Below, in pieces: positions 9,065 to 18,319 of a stretch of DNA of 64,000 bases (position 1 is the stretch's first letter; the number at the start of each line of letters is the position of its first letter). The DNA lies in NCBI GenBank assembly GCA_963663475.2, contig CAXXJV010000001.1, positions 2,528,001 through 2,592,000 of the forward strand, written 5' to 3'. The DNA comes from Candidatus Cloacimonadales bacterium (GTDB lineage: Bacteria; Cloacimonadota; Cloacimonadia; Cloacimonadales; JAFGVF01). The translations under genes were made by a program, and so were the position numbers. The notes under the pieces are model-generated. The model ran no database searches. It saw only the letters and a program-made list of their open reading frames with translations, and was not told the DNA's origin.

Positions 9065-9775
9065 CTATTCAAACTTCCTATAGAGAAATGTCATGACACC
9101 TATTAGAGCACAATCAGCGTGATCTTGAGGTTCAATGACAATAGTTTCAAAACCTTCGTTCAATGGTATTAATAATAACTGATGGGTATTCTTGTCAAGC
9201 TTCATTTTCTTTAATGTTACTTCCCCATCTAATCTTACAGCACAAATCTTACCATTACTTCTTTCCCAGTCATTTGATTTCTCAATAAGAATAACATCCC
9301 CATTCTTTATCACAGGCTCCATGGAAGAGCCATTAACTTTGAGACAGAGGTAGTTTTCAGCTTTGCCATGAATCTGGTCTCTAGAGAATTTAACATCTCC
9401 AAAGTCATCATGTTTTGATTCTATAGGCATACCAGCAGAAATTTCACCTGAGATGGGAATTGTAATCATTGAATCATCAAAGAATTTCATTTTAGCTTCA
9501 ATAACTTTATGAATATGATTATCAAGGACCTTTTCAAGTTGATCTATTTCTTTAACCTTAGAACCTTCAATAACCATATTACCTTTGCCAGTAATTAACC
9601 AGTGAAGATTTATTCCGTATAGGTTACAGAGCTTATTCATAGTATCAATAGAGGGTTTGATTTTACCTGATTCCATTTGAGATAGAGCAGAAGCTTTAAG
9701 ATTTAGTCTGTCTGCCAGCTCAATTTGCTTGATATTACGAGTTTTTCTGATTTCTTTAATTCTTGAACCTATCAT
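9065..9775 (-). CDS. XRE-HTH plus S24 peptidase (LexA/CI-like) repressor
   Basis: N-terminal HTH_3 (QIELADRLNLKASALSQMESG...LHWLITGKG), cleavage site ISAG, catalytic Ser (GSSMEP) and Lys (VTLKK). Confidence 0.9.
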   Translation of the reverse strand: MIGSRIKEIRKTRNIKQIELADRLNLKASALSQMESGKIKPSIDTMNKLCNLYGINLHWLITGKGNMVIEGSKVKEIDQLEKVLDNHIHKVIEAKMKFFDDSMITIPISGEISAGMPIESKHDDFGDVKFSRDQIHGKAENYLCLKVNGSSMEPVIKNGDVILIEKSNDWERSNGKICAVRLDGEVTLKKMKLDKNTHQLLLIPLNEGFETIVIEPQDHADCALIGVMTFLYRKFE

Positions 9776-9804
9776 TTAGTAGTCTCCTCTTTATTAATAA
9801 GACT

Positions 9805-9833
9805 AGATTAAGTAATGGTTAATAATTTGTCAA
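9805..9833 (-). promoter_or_regulatory. sigma70-type promoter of the S24 repressor
   Basis: TTGACA-17 bp-TAATCT on the minus strand. Confidence 0.55.
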
Positions 9834-9908
9834 GGTTTAATTTTCACTTATAACTATAAGCAGTCTTATTGCCTTAGGATAGAAGATGAGGGAGCAGAAA
9901 AGATAAAT

Positions 9909-9989
9909 AGTTTAAATAAATCTATTAGCGATCTTTTTTTGCAAAAAGAATCAAAAAATCAGAGAAGTTGACTTTGTCAACCCTCTGAT
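9909..9989 (-). repeat. repeat family E, copy 1; also a terminator-like hairpin for the DUF58 operon
   Basis: Minus strand reads ATCAGAGGGTTGACAAAGTCAACTTCTCTGATTTTTTG...GATCGCTAATAGATTTATTTAAACT; homolog at 45701-45774. Confidence 0.7.
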
Positions 9990-10001
9990 ATTTGGTTAAA
10001 T

Positions 10002-10883
10002 TTATAATTTAGATCTTTTTATCAAGTATTTGAGCAAGTTATCTTCAAGAGCTGTCTGACTAGTAAAAGAGACATACTCAATCTTTGAGTGTAAGCATTG
10101 TTCTTTTATGTAGTTAAAGAAGTCAGAATAGGCAGCTTGATACTTATCTTTAATCTGCCAGGGAAAAACTCTGATTTCAGACTTAGATTCAGAATCTACA
10201 AAGATAGTTTCTTTGGAATAGTTAAAATCTTCTTCTTGTTGATCAACAATATGAAAGACGATAACATCATGTTTTAAATATCTAAAATGTTTAAGGCCTT
10301 TAACAAGGTCTTCAGCAGAATCTAAAAGGTCTGAAATGATAATTATTAGTGATCTCTTTTTTATTTTCTCAGCAATCTGATGTAAGATTTTGATGCTGTT
10401 AGTCTTGCTATCGCTTTCAAGTTCAAAGAGTTTCTTATAAATACCAGCAATGAATGCTTGATTAGTTTTTGGAGGTTGCCAGTAAGAGATTTCATCATTG
10501 TAGGTTACTAGCCCTACGGCATCGTTTTGCTTATTAATGAGGTAGGTCAAAGCAGCAGCTAAGTGCTTTGCATATTCTAGTTTTTCTACTTTGTGAGAAG
10601 TGAAGCTCATAGATTTACTATGATCAAGCAATATATAAGCATTCACATTAGTCTCATCTTCAAATCTTCTTACATAATACCTATCAGTTTTGGCATATTG
10701 CTTCCAATCAATATCCTTGATTTGATCACCAGGAATATATTGTCTATAATCTGCAAACTCTACACTATAACCATGATAGGGAGACTTATGCAGTCCTACC
10801 ATAAAGCCTTCAACAATCTCTTGTACATTGAGATGAAAGGCATCAAGTGTATTTACAACTTTTTCAGTTATAAGTTTATTCAT
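10002..10883 (-). CDS. DUF58 family protein (vWA-like, usually MoxR-associated)
   Basis: GLHKSPYHGYSVEFADYRQYIPGD, IDWK, FEDET, LDHSKSM and ISDLLD motifs. Confidence 0.9.
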   Translation of the reverse strand: MNKLITEKVVNTLDAFHLNVQEIVEGFMVGLHKSPYHGYSVEFADYRQYIPGDQIKDIDWKQYAKTDRYYVRRFEDETNVNAYILLDHSKSMSFTSHKVEKLEYAKHLAAALTYLINKQNDAVGLVTYNDEISYWQPPKTNQAFIAGIYKKLFELESDSKTNSIKILHQIAEKIKKRSLIIIISDLLDSAEDLVKGLKHFRYLKHDVIVFHIVDQQEEDFNYSKETIFVDSESKSEIRVFPWQIKDKYQAAYSDFFNYIKEQCLHSKIEYVSFTSQTALEDNLLKYLIKRSKL

Positions 10884-11089
10884 TAATCCTTTTTCTTATA
10901 AAATAGGGCTAAGGGAACTAAAATAAGGTAGCCGATAGATAAGATTATAGGAGATAAAGTTTTATCGCCTAAATCATCACCAGCATATTTCATAATAATA
11001 TAGCCTGCGATTATGACAATTATTGCTATAGTTAACAAGATATAGTTAGTCTTGTTTAGGTTTAATTTGTTTATATTCTTTTTTTTCAT
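10883..11089 (-). CDS. small two-TM membrane protein (DUF3098-like)
   Basis: NYILL...GYIIM...LSPIILSIGY pattern; translationally coupled to DUF58 (TAATG). Confidence 0.6.
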   Translation of the reverse strand: MKKKNINKLNLNKTNYILLTIAIIVIIAGYIIMKYAGDDLGDKTLSPIILSIGYLILVPLALFYKKKD

Positions 11090-11097
11090 ATTACCTC

Positions 11098-11865
11098 TTA
11101 AAATCTAGTTGTATAAATAATTTGGAATGCTCTATCAAAAGTTATCTTTTCTCCACCATGGAAATTAGGAGCATTTTCAAGTAGATCGTATATAGTGAAT
11201 TTAAACTGTAAGTCTGGGATAATAAACCAGCCCGCAGATAGATTAAGATAGCCTTTTCCATCTCCATAATGTTCAAAATCATTTGTTGATTTTTCATTAT
11301 CATTAAAGGCAAAATTGTATTCTAAAAGGAAGTTTAGATCCTGGCCTATACTTTGTCCTAGAGTAAGAAAGCTATTTATATCCTTATCACCATCATCATT
11401 TTCTGTTGATTTATTGATGCCAAAGATTATTTTAGATCCCTTAAGAATGAGGTCATTTTTACCAATTGCTGCATAAAAGCCAGGAGATTTATGTTCATAG
11501 CGATTTTGACCTTCAACCCATTTACCGTGTCCCTCAGAATCGAATCCAACACTTAAAGCTGGAATATTTACAGTTTCTTTTAAGAGTTGAAACTTTGCCT
11601 TGAAGTCTATATGATCATACCAATCTGGTTCATTATTACCAACGAAGTTTTCTGCTCCGTAAGAGAAGCCTATTGATAATCTATCAAAAAGTCCAATATT
11701 AGAAGCTAATCTCATTGAACTATCGCCATAGAATTTGCTAGCAAAACTGTACTCTCCCCTATTTAAAACATTTGGACTAGGTGTAGTAATTGAGTTAAAT
11801 TCATCAACACCTAGCAAGATACATGTTATAGAGATTAATAAAACTATCAAGAATATTTTTTTCAT
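11098..11865 (-). CDS. exported, probable outer-membrane beta-barrel protein (YjbH-like)
   Basis: Signal peptide, ITTPSPNVL motif, amphipathic beta strands, terminal Phe. Confidence 0.55.
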   Translation of the reverse strand: MKKIFLIVLLISITCILLGVDEFNSITTPSPNVLNRGEYSFASKFYGDSSMRLASNIGLFDRLSIGFSYGAENFVGNNEPDWYDHIDFKAKFQLLKETVNIPALSVGFDSEGHGKWVEGQNRYEHKSPGFYAAIGKNDLILKGSKIIFGINKSTENDDGDKDINSFLTLGQSIGQDLNFLLEYNFAFNDNEKSTNDFEHYGDGKGYLNLSAGWFIIPDLQFKFTIYDLLENAPNFHGGEKITFDRAFQIIYTTRF

Positions 11866-12935
11866 TTAGACTCCTTTATTTTAAATGATTTTGCGATACC
11901 TTCAAGTTCTGTTATAAAGGGAACTTTAGTTCCTGCAGGGTAATAGACTGCGGTATCAATGAAGTAAGCAGAGCTTGTACTTTCATCATAAAAAGTATAA
12001 CTTTTGAAAGTCCCCCCCATATTTGTATTATCATTTTCCCAAGCACCTTCTAGAATAAAACCATTATAGCTTACTTTATCCCAAGTTGTGAAGGTTTTTG
12101 GTAAAATTCTTGTCCTCATCCAATCAATTCTATCTCCATCGAGAATATCTTTCCCGATTTTACTGCGACTAGCCTTTACCCATTCTTGATTAAAATCATC
12201 CATCTCAATTTTTTCACTAAAGACAGTGATAAATTTATCAGGTAGGATAGTATTTTTCTTCTTATATCTATAGATAAATGAGATTAAATTATCCTCTTTA
12301 TCTTCTTTATAGACTTGGAAGGTTGAAGGTAATGTTATGCTAAAGTTATAATTACTAAACTGATAATCTAAACTTCCCCTATAGTAAACTCTCCTAGTCA
12401 TTCTGGCTAAAAATCTTTGTTCATAATCAAGATAAAGGTTAGCAATTCGAGAAAGAATAATTCTATCTAATCCTTGACTATCAGAGGCTAAGATAAAAGT
12501 TACTAATTGATCATCAGACCATTCATTTTGGTAGGTAAGAATAGTTGGACTTCCAGCCATGACTTGGTCAAGTTTAGCTTGGGGGACTTTACTTTCAATA
12601 AAAGCTGTGAAATTACTAGGAATTGAAAGATTACAGATAAAAATAATATTTTTTGCTTTTTCTAGTTCTTCGAAGTCTTCAAAATTCTTCCAGATTAAGA
12701 AGAAGGTTCTCTCTTTTTGAGCTCCTTCAAAAGGGTAACCAAATTGGTCTTTCATTATTTTTGCAGTATTTTCTTGTAAAGTTTCATTAGTGAAAAGATA
12801 TACATCTTGATGGTTACCATAAGATACAGGCTTGCTGTTATCTGTAAAATTACTAACTGGCATATAGTCTTGGTCTGATTTATGACAAGACAATAATACA
12901 GGGATAATTAGTAGGATAAAGAGTAAGTTTTTCAT
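11862..12935 (-). CDS. lipoprotein (DUF4837-like)
   Basis: Lipobox LLSC; GAWEN...MGGTFKSY and YYPAGTKVPFITELEGIAKSF motifs. Confidence 0.65.
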   Translation of the reverse strand: MKNLLFILLIIPVLLSCHKSDQDYMPVSNFTDNSKPVSYGNHQDVYLFTNETLQENTAKIMKDQFGYPFEGAQKERTFFLIWKNFEDFEELEKAKNIIFICNLSIPSNFTAFIESKVPQAKLDQVMAGSPTILTYQNEWSDDQLVTFILASDSQGLDRIILSRIANLYLDYEQRFLARMTRRVYYRGSLDYQFSNYNFSITLPSTFQVYKEDKEDNLISFIYRYKKKNTILPDKFITVFSEKIEMDDFNQEWVKASRSKIGKDILDGDRIDWMRTRILPKTFTTWDKVSYNGFILEGAWENDNTNMGGTFKSYTFYDESTSSAYFIDTAVYYPAGTKVPFITELEGIAKSFKIKESK

Positions 12936-13471
12936 TAAAACAACTCCTTAATATTCTTAAGGTATGAAGAACCTGACAGTATAGTAACTAGAGCTACAAG
13001 CCAAAAGTAGATATTCAAGTATAAGGAGTAATCAGAAAGATTAATACTCAAACCTAGCAAGAAGAGAGAAAGTGTTAATCCCACCATTTGAGTAACTGTT
13101 TTTATCTTTCCCCAGTAGTTAGCAGCTAGGTAGATTTTCTTTTTCTTATAGATATCCCTTAGAAGGGTGATTAAGATTTCTCGACCAGTAATTATGATGA
13201 ATATCCACATAGATAGGTAGCCATGCTTACCGAAGGTTAAGAGAGCAAGAGCTGAAAGCACTAATAGTTTATCAGCCAAAGGATCCATGATTTTACCAAA
13301 GTTAGAAATAACTTCATATTTTCTAGCCAAATAGCCATCAAAATAATCGGTAATTGAAGCTATCATGAAAAGGGAAAAGGCAGTCATTAAGTGATTCTGC
13401 ACAAAATAGTAAATAAAGAAGGGAATCATCACAACCCTTAGCATAGTTAGTATATTCGGTATATGTTTCAT
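12935..13471 (-). CDS. pgsA: CDP-diacylglycerol--glycerol-3-phosphate 3-phosphatidyltransferase
   Basis: PNILTMLRV, TDYFDGYLARKY, FGKIMDPLADKLL, GKIKTVTQM. Confidence 0.95.
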   Translation of the reverse strand: MKHIPNILTMLRVVMIPFFIYYFVQNHLMTAFSLFMIASITDYFDGYLARKYEVISNFGKIMDPLADKLLVLSALALLTFGKHGYLSMWIFIIITGREILITLLRDIYKKKKIYLAANYWGKIKTVTQMVGLTLSLFLLGLSINLSDYSLYLNIYFWLVALVTILSGSSYLKNIKELF

Positions 13472-13472
13472 T

Positions 13473-14429
13473 TTATAGACTAGTCCTCTCTTTTTTAAGA
13501 ATAAATATTGCTAGGTTAGTAGCTATTAAAATAATAATAAAAAACACGTTTCTAGTGTCAATATTAATATTTAATATCTCTTGAAAATCAATAATAAAAG
13601 TTGTAAGTAAGCAAACAAGACTCAACATTAAAGTTAGAGATTTTTTCCACCAAAGATTTCTAAAGTATTGCTTTGGAGAAATATGTCCTTTGAGTAAGAA
13701 GTTAATCTTCTCCTGATTAATCATTTTGAGATAGAAATCAAAAACTTGGATAAAAATAGTAGCCAATAGGAGGGTAATAATTAAGATAATAGCTTGTAGA
13801 TAATTTTGATAAGTAGACTCTTTTATGTATTTGTCTCTTTGATTAATAATATTGGAATAATCTTGCATAATTTCAGAGAACTTAGCTTTATCATAATAAT
13901 AGTGTTTAATATTGGATTTTACTGAAGGCACTACATTACTATTAAGGTAGGAGTAACCATTTTCTTGGAGATAGTCTTCAATAGCGATAATTTGATCCAT
14001 AGCTTGCAGGTCAGCTAGGAAGGAAATAAGAAGCTCGTTAGGAAGATAAAGTTTCATTTTATTGAGAAGTGACTTATTAGATTTATTCAGGTTGGAAGAG
14101 TTCATAAAATCTTTTAATTTACTATCAAAGAGGAGGGTATCGATAAATGATGCCTGAGGCTGAATAGTAATACTCTGGAAGTCCTCTTCTGTGAATTTCG
14201 CCATTATATCATTACGAACTTGCTTTAGTTCATTACTTCTAGTACTGTAGATAGAGAATTTTAAATCAGATAAATCATTTATTATCTTATTTTCAGCTTG
14301 AGCAAGTATAGACTGTGCTTGCTTACCTGTAGCTTTACTGATAACCTGTAAATAGTTTTGATATCCCCAAGAAATAGTCATGATTAATATCAAAATAAGA
14401 ATATTTAGGCTTATAAATCTCTTTTTCAT
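13473..14429 (-). CDS. membrane protein with FtsX-like topology
   Basis: One N-terminal TM, a large soluble domain and about 3 C-terminal TMs; overlaps the upstream ABC ATPase gene. Confidence 0.45.
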   Translation of the reverse strand: MKKRFISLNILILILIMTISWGYQNYLQVISKATGKQAQSILAQAENKIINDLSDLKFSIYSTRSNELKQVRNDIMAKFTEEDFQSITIQPQASFIDTLLFDSKLKDFMNSSNLNKSNKSLLNKMKLYLPNELLISFLADLQAMDQIIAIEDYLQENGYSYLNSNVVPSVKSNIKHYYYDKAKFSEIMQDYSNIINQRDKYIKESTYQNYLQAIILIITLLLATIFIQVFDFYLKMINQEKINFLLKGHISPKQYFRNLWWKKSLTLMLSLVCLLTTFIIDFQEILNINIDTRNVFFIIILIATNLAIFILKKERTSL

Positions 14430-15019
14430 AACTTCACTACCCCATCTTCATCAATTACAAAAGTAAAATCCATTTCAGGTATCTTCAAACTTGAAGTCAA
14501 TAAAATACATCCTCCCTCTGATTTATACTTACTCAGAATTTTACCAACTAGAGACAATTCTTTTAGATTAAAACACTTGTCAAAATCATCAATAATTAAT
14601 AAACATGGGTTCATACCACAGGCTATTGCTAGCTCTAGGAACTTCTTTTTACTGTAAGTTAGTTCCTGAACCAGCCTTTCAAGATCATTTTCTAAGTCTG
14701 CAATAATAACATATTCACTGATGCTATCAAATCTGTACTTAGAAGCAAATCTTAAATTATCATTCACACTCTTATCTGCTAGCAGATTTACTTCCCTTGA
14801 TAATAAATAGGAATCTATTCTATGTTTATTAATATTCTGAAAATCTATAATCCCTCTATAACTAGAATATAAACCGTGAACAGTTCTAACAAATAGTGAT
14901 TTTCCAGTTCCTTCCTGACCCACAAGAGCATTTATAGTAGATTCAGGAAGCATCATTTCAGGGACTCTTATGACAATTCTTTTATTTCTAATAACTTCTA
15001 AATCATTTATCTGTAGCAT
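14426..15019 (-). CDS. degenerate ABC ATPase (FtsE-like?)
   Basis: Walker A GQEGTGKS; signature motif decayed to LTYSKKK; Walker B LLIIDD without the catalytic Glu. Confidence 0.65.
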   Translation of the reverse strand: MLQINDLEVIRNKRIVIRVPEMMLPESTINALVGQEGTGKSLFVRTVHGLYSSYRGIIDFQNINKHRIDSYLLSREVNLLADKSVNDNLRFASKYRFDSISEYVIIADLENDLERLVQELTYSKKKFLELAIACGMNPCLLIIDDFDKCFNLKELSLVGKILSKYKSEGGCILLTSSLKIPEMDFTFVIDEDGVVKL

Positions 15020-15644
15020 GTTTTAATCCAATTATTATTATCTTGTTTTCATTTATCTTTTCAATCATTTCTAATCTATTTTTAACTATTTGAGCTAGTA
15101 AGTCATCTTCCCTATTCTTAGCATAAAGCAAATAAGCTTGTCCTGCTTCTGCCAGATTCCTTTTAACACAAGTAAAAACATCTGACATCCTACAAGCAAG
15201 TTCAAATTTAGCAAGATTCCTTCTATGACTAGGACTCAGTCTCCCCTGACCTAATTTCAAATAAGGAGGATTAGCTAAGATTAAATCATACTTACCATTT
15301 GCCTGATAATCCTTTATATCACCTGTAATTACCTTAATATCTAAACCTAAGCTCTGACAATTATATTGAGCTATTTGGGCTTGTTCATGGTCTATCTCAA
15401 GTCCAGAAATCTCCCAGTTAGGAAAACTTTTCTTTAGCATTATAGCATTAATCCCTGTTCCCAGACCTAGCTCTAAGACCTTCTTTACTTCCTTAGAGGA
15501 CTGACTAAATCTTTGAACTAAGAAATAATTGAAGAGCTCATTATCTGTTGAAACTCTTTGGCCATCTTTATGCTGATAGATTTTAGATCCATCAGGTAAA
15601 GTAACTAATGTACACGCTTGTTTCAACGAGGAGTCAAGAATCAT
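15003..15644 (-). CDS. tRNA1(Val) A37 N6-methyltransferase-like SAM methyltransferase
   Basis: IYQ...STD, VLELGLGTG, ILANPPY and RRNLAKFE motifs. Confidence 0.8.
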   Translation of the reverse strand: MILDSSLKQACTLVTLPDGSKIYQHKDGQRVSTDNELFNYFLVQRFSQSSKEVKKVLELGLGTGINAIMLKKSFPNWEISGLEIDHEQAQIAQYNCQSLGLDIKVITGDIKDYQANGKYDLILANPPYLKLGQGRLSPSHRRNLAKFELACRMSDVFTCVKRNLAEAGQAYLLYAKNREDDLLAQIVKNRLEMIEKINENKIIIIGLKHATDK

Positions 15645-15647
15645 TAC

Positions 15648-16556
15648 TTAAGATAATTTTAGCATTGCATCAATACTTTTCTTAGCAGCTATCCTCAGAT
15701 CTTTAGGTAAATCTATTTCAAATTCTTCATTTTGCAAACTGGCTAAGACATCCTCTAAGTGAATCTTTTTCATATTTACACAAACTGCTTTGTTAGCTAG
15801 AGCTATTATACTCTTTCCAGGATTATCCCTTTTAATCTGCTCATATAAGCCTACTTCAGTTCCGATAATTAAATTATCATGATCTTTAGCATAATCAGCC
15901 ATTCCCTTTGTTGAAGCTACAAGATCAGCATACTTTATGATCTCAGTAGGACATTCAGGATGAACCAATAACTTATGTTTAGGATATTCTTTTTTTACAT
16001 CAATTACATCTTGCTTAGACATTTTGATATGATGAACTGGACAGTAACCATCCCAGACAATTATATGTCGGCCTGTTTGATGGGCAGCATAAGTACCCAA
16101 ATTTTGGTCTGGAACAAAAAGAATCTTTTGATCTTTAGGGAAAGTTTCGATTATTTTAACTGCATTAGAAGATGTACAACAGATATCACTTTCAGCCTTA
16201 ACCTCTGCAGTAGAATTTACATAGCACATAACTATCGCATTTGGATGGTTGTTTTTGAACTGAATTAACTGGTCCCTAGTAATCATTTCTGCCATAGGGC
16301 AGCCAGCATCTTGTACAGGCAGTAAAACCTTGGTCTTAGGTGAAAGAATTTTAGCTGTTTCAGCCATGAATCTTACCCCACAAAAAAGGATTATATCCGC
16401 CTTAACCTTACTTGCTTCAATTGATAATTGTAGAGAATCTCCAACAAAATCTGCAATATCTTGTACGTCTAATGTTACATAATTATGAGCTAAAATTACA
16501 ACATTTTTCTCTTTCTTTAATCTATTTATTTCCTGAATTATGTCTTTGGTCTCCAT
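15648..16556 (-). CDS. nadA: quinolinate synthase
   Basis: ILAHNY, GDSLQLS, FCGVRFMAETAK, AGCPMA, YVNSTAEVKA, GYCPVH, VHPEC, CVNMK. Confidence 0.97.
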   Translation of the reverse strand: METKDIIQEINRLKKEKNVVILAHNYVTLDVQDIADFVGDSLQLSIEASKVKADIILFCGVRFMAETAKILSPKTKVLLPVQDAGCPMAEMITRDQLIQFKNNHPNAIVMCYVNSTAEVKAESDICCTSSNAVKIIETFPKDQKILFVPDQNLGTYAAHQTGRHIIVWDGYCPVHHIKMSKQDVIDVKKEYPKHKLLVHPECPTEIIKYADLVASTKGMADYAKDHDNLIIGTEVGLYEQIKRDNPGKSIIALANKAVCVNMKKIHLEDVLASLQNEEFEIDLPKDLRIAAKKSIDAMLKLS

Positions 16557-16762
16557 CTTTTCCTCTATATTATTTATTTTTTTTATTTTCCTATCTGAAT
16601 TAGTTTTTGCTAGTCTTTTTCATGACTAGCAAGTTAAGCTCTAGCAAACTTTTAATCTTTATCCATGCTCGCAGGGAGTAATTTCTAAAAATTGCTAGTA
16701 TGTTGAGAACTTCTAAGTAAAGGAAAAACTATTTAGCTTTTCTTTTCAAATCCTTTGAGTTT

Positions 16763-17197
16763 TTAGAGCTTAGTATGACCAAAGCCACCCTGACCTCTAA
16801 CTGTCTCCGATAAGTCCTCTACAATTTCCCATTGAGGTTCCTCATATTTACTTATCACCATTTGAGCAATCCTCATACCATCAGTAACGGTAAAATGTTC
16901 ATTCCCAAAATTATAGAGAATAACCTTCACTTCTCCCCTATAATCAGGATCAATGGTACCAGGTGAGTTTAAAACACCTATCTGATGTTTTAAGGCTAGT
17001 CCTGAACGGGGTCTAACTTGAACTTCATAACCTGATTCTATAGCTATGGCTAGTCCTGTTGGTATAAGCACCAAACTATTAGGGTCCACAATTATATTTT
17101 TATCTAAACAAGCACAAATATCATATCCTGCTGCATGTTCAGAATACCTTTTAGGCATTATTGCCTTAGCATTCAATTTCTTTATTTCTATTCTCAT
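16763..17197 (-). CDS. dut: dUTP diphosphatase
   Basis: AGYDI, QVRPRSGLA, NSPGTIDPDYRGE, RIAQ, RGQGGFGHT. Confidence 0.97.
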   Translation of the reverse strand: MRIEIKKLNAKAIMPKRYSEHAAGYDICACLDKNIIVDPNSLVLIPTGLAIAIESGYEVQVRPRSGLALKHQIGVLNSPGTIDPDYRGEVKVILYNFGNEHFTVTDGMRIAQMVISKYEEPQWEIVEDLSETVRGQGGFGHTKL

Positions 17198-18093
17198 TAG
17201 AATTTTCTTGTAAGTATGAAATCAGTTAAAAGTTCTAGTTTCTCAGCTTTTTCTCCATAGTGGGAAAGTATTTTCTTTGCAGAAGAAATTAATTTTTCTG
17301 CCATTTCATGTGATTTATCTAAACCATAAACAGCTGGGAAAGTAGCTTTTTGAACCTCTGCATCCTTACCAATAGTCTTTCCTAAGAGAGCAGAAGACCC
17401 CTCAACATCTAAGATATCATCGACCACCTGGAAGGCTAATCCTATTTTAGATGCATATTTATCTAATCTTTCGATATCATCTTGAGGTGCATTAGCAGCT
17501 AAACATCCAAATCTTACAGCTAAGTTTAGAAGTTTAGCAGTCTTGTTCTCATGAATGTACTCAAGAGTTTTCTTAGTTACTTTTTTTGATTCATAAGCAA
17601 TATCATTCATCTGACCTGAGATAATACCATCAGAACCTGCAGTAGATGCTAATTCTTTAATATACATCATTTTTTCTTCATCAGTAAAGGGTGAATCTGC
17701 AATCAAGTCAAAGGCAGACACCAAGAGAGCATCACCTGCTAAAAGGGCAATATCAGAGCCATAAACTACATGACAAGACTTTTTCCCTCTCCGCATATCA
17801 TCGTTATCAATCTCAGGAAGATCGTCATGTATAAGAGTATAAGTGTGTAATAATTCTATAGCGCCAGCAAGATACTTAACTTTAGAAAAATCATTATCAA
17901 AAAGAGAGTATATGGAAAGTGTTAAGTAGGGTCTAATCCTCTTACCACCAGCAAACAAGGTATGCCTGATCGCCTTATGAATCTGTTTAGGATATTCATC
18001 TTTTCTAGGTAAAAACCTATCTAAAATAATATTAACTATCTCTCTCTTTTCTCTAATATCTCTTTTAATCATCATTGATTTTTGATTAGACAT
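17197..18093 (-). CDS. ispA: farnesyl/geranyl diphosphate synthase
   Basis: GGKRIRP, LIHDDLPEIDNDDMRRGK, KTA, FQVVDDILD, GKTIGKD. Confidence 0.92.
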   Translation of the reverse strand: MSNQKSMMIKRDIREKREIVNIILDRFLPRKDEYPKQIHKAIRHTLFAGGKRIRPYLTLSIYSLFDNDFSKVKYLAGAIELLHTYTLIHDDLPEIDNDDMRRGKKSCHVVYGSDIALLAGDALLVSAFDLIADSPFTDEEKMMYIKELASTAGSDGIISGQMNDIAYESKKVTKKTLEYIHENKTAKLLNLAVRFGCLAANAPQDDIERLDKYASKIGLAFQVVDDILDVEGSSALLGKTIGKDAEVQKATFPAVYGLDKSHEMAEKLISSAKKILSHYGEKAEKLELLTDFILTRKF

Positions 18094-18097
18094 CTAA

Positions 18098-18310
18098 TTA
18101 CTTCTCCTGATTCTTTCGGTTAATAACTTCAATTTTTTCTTCAAACTTATTTAATTGCTTTTCGCAAAAATCTAATAAATACTTGCCTCTTTCATAGAGT
18201 TCCATCATCATTTCAAGGGAAATCTCAGCCTCTTCCAGCTTTGCCACAACTTTATTAAGTTCTTTGATAGCTGATTCATAGTTCTTTGGTTCTAGTGCTT
18301 TTCCTTCCAT
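18098..18310 (-). CDS. xseB: exodeoxyribonuclease VII small subunit
   Basis: YESAIKEL..VVAKLE..EISLE...LYERG...C...L pattern; canonical position before ispA. Confidence 0.9.
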   Translation of the reverse strand: MEGKALEPKNYESAIKELNKVVAKLEEAEISLEMMMELYERGKYLLDFCEKQLNKFEEKIEVINRKNQEK

Positions 18311-18319
18311 TAGTCTTCC

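Noticed and set aside
9065..9775. S24 repressor as a prophage marker
   Set aside because: No divergent cro, integrase, replication or structural phage genes nearby; the flanks are housekeeping genes.
16557..16762. Known NAD+ riboswitch upstream of nadA
   Set aside because: I cannot recognise a known consensus; kept only as an unexplained motif cluster in the findings.
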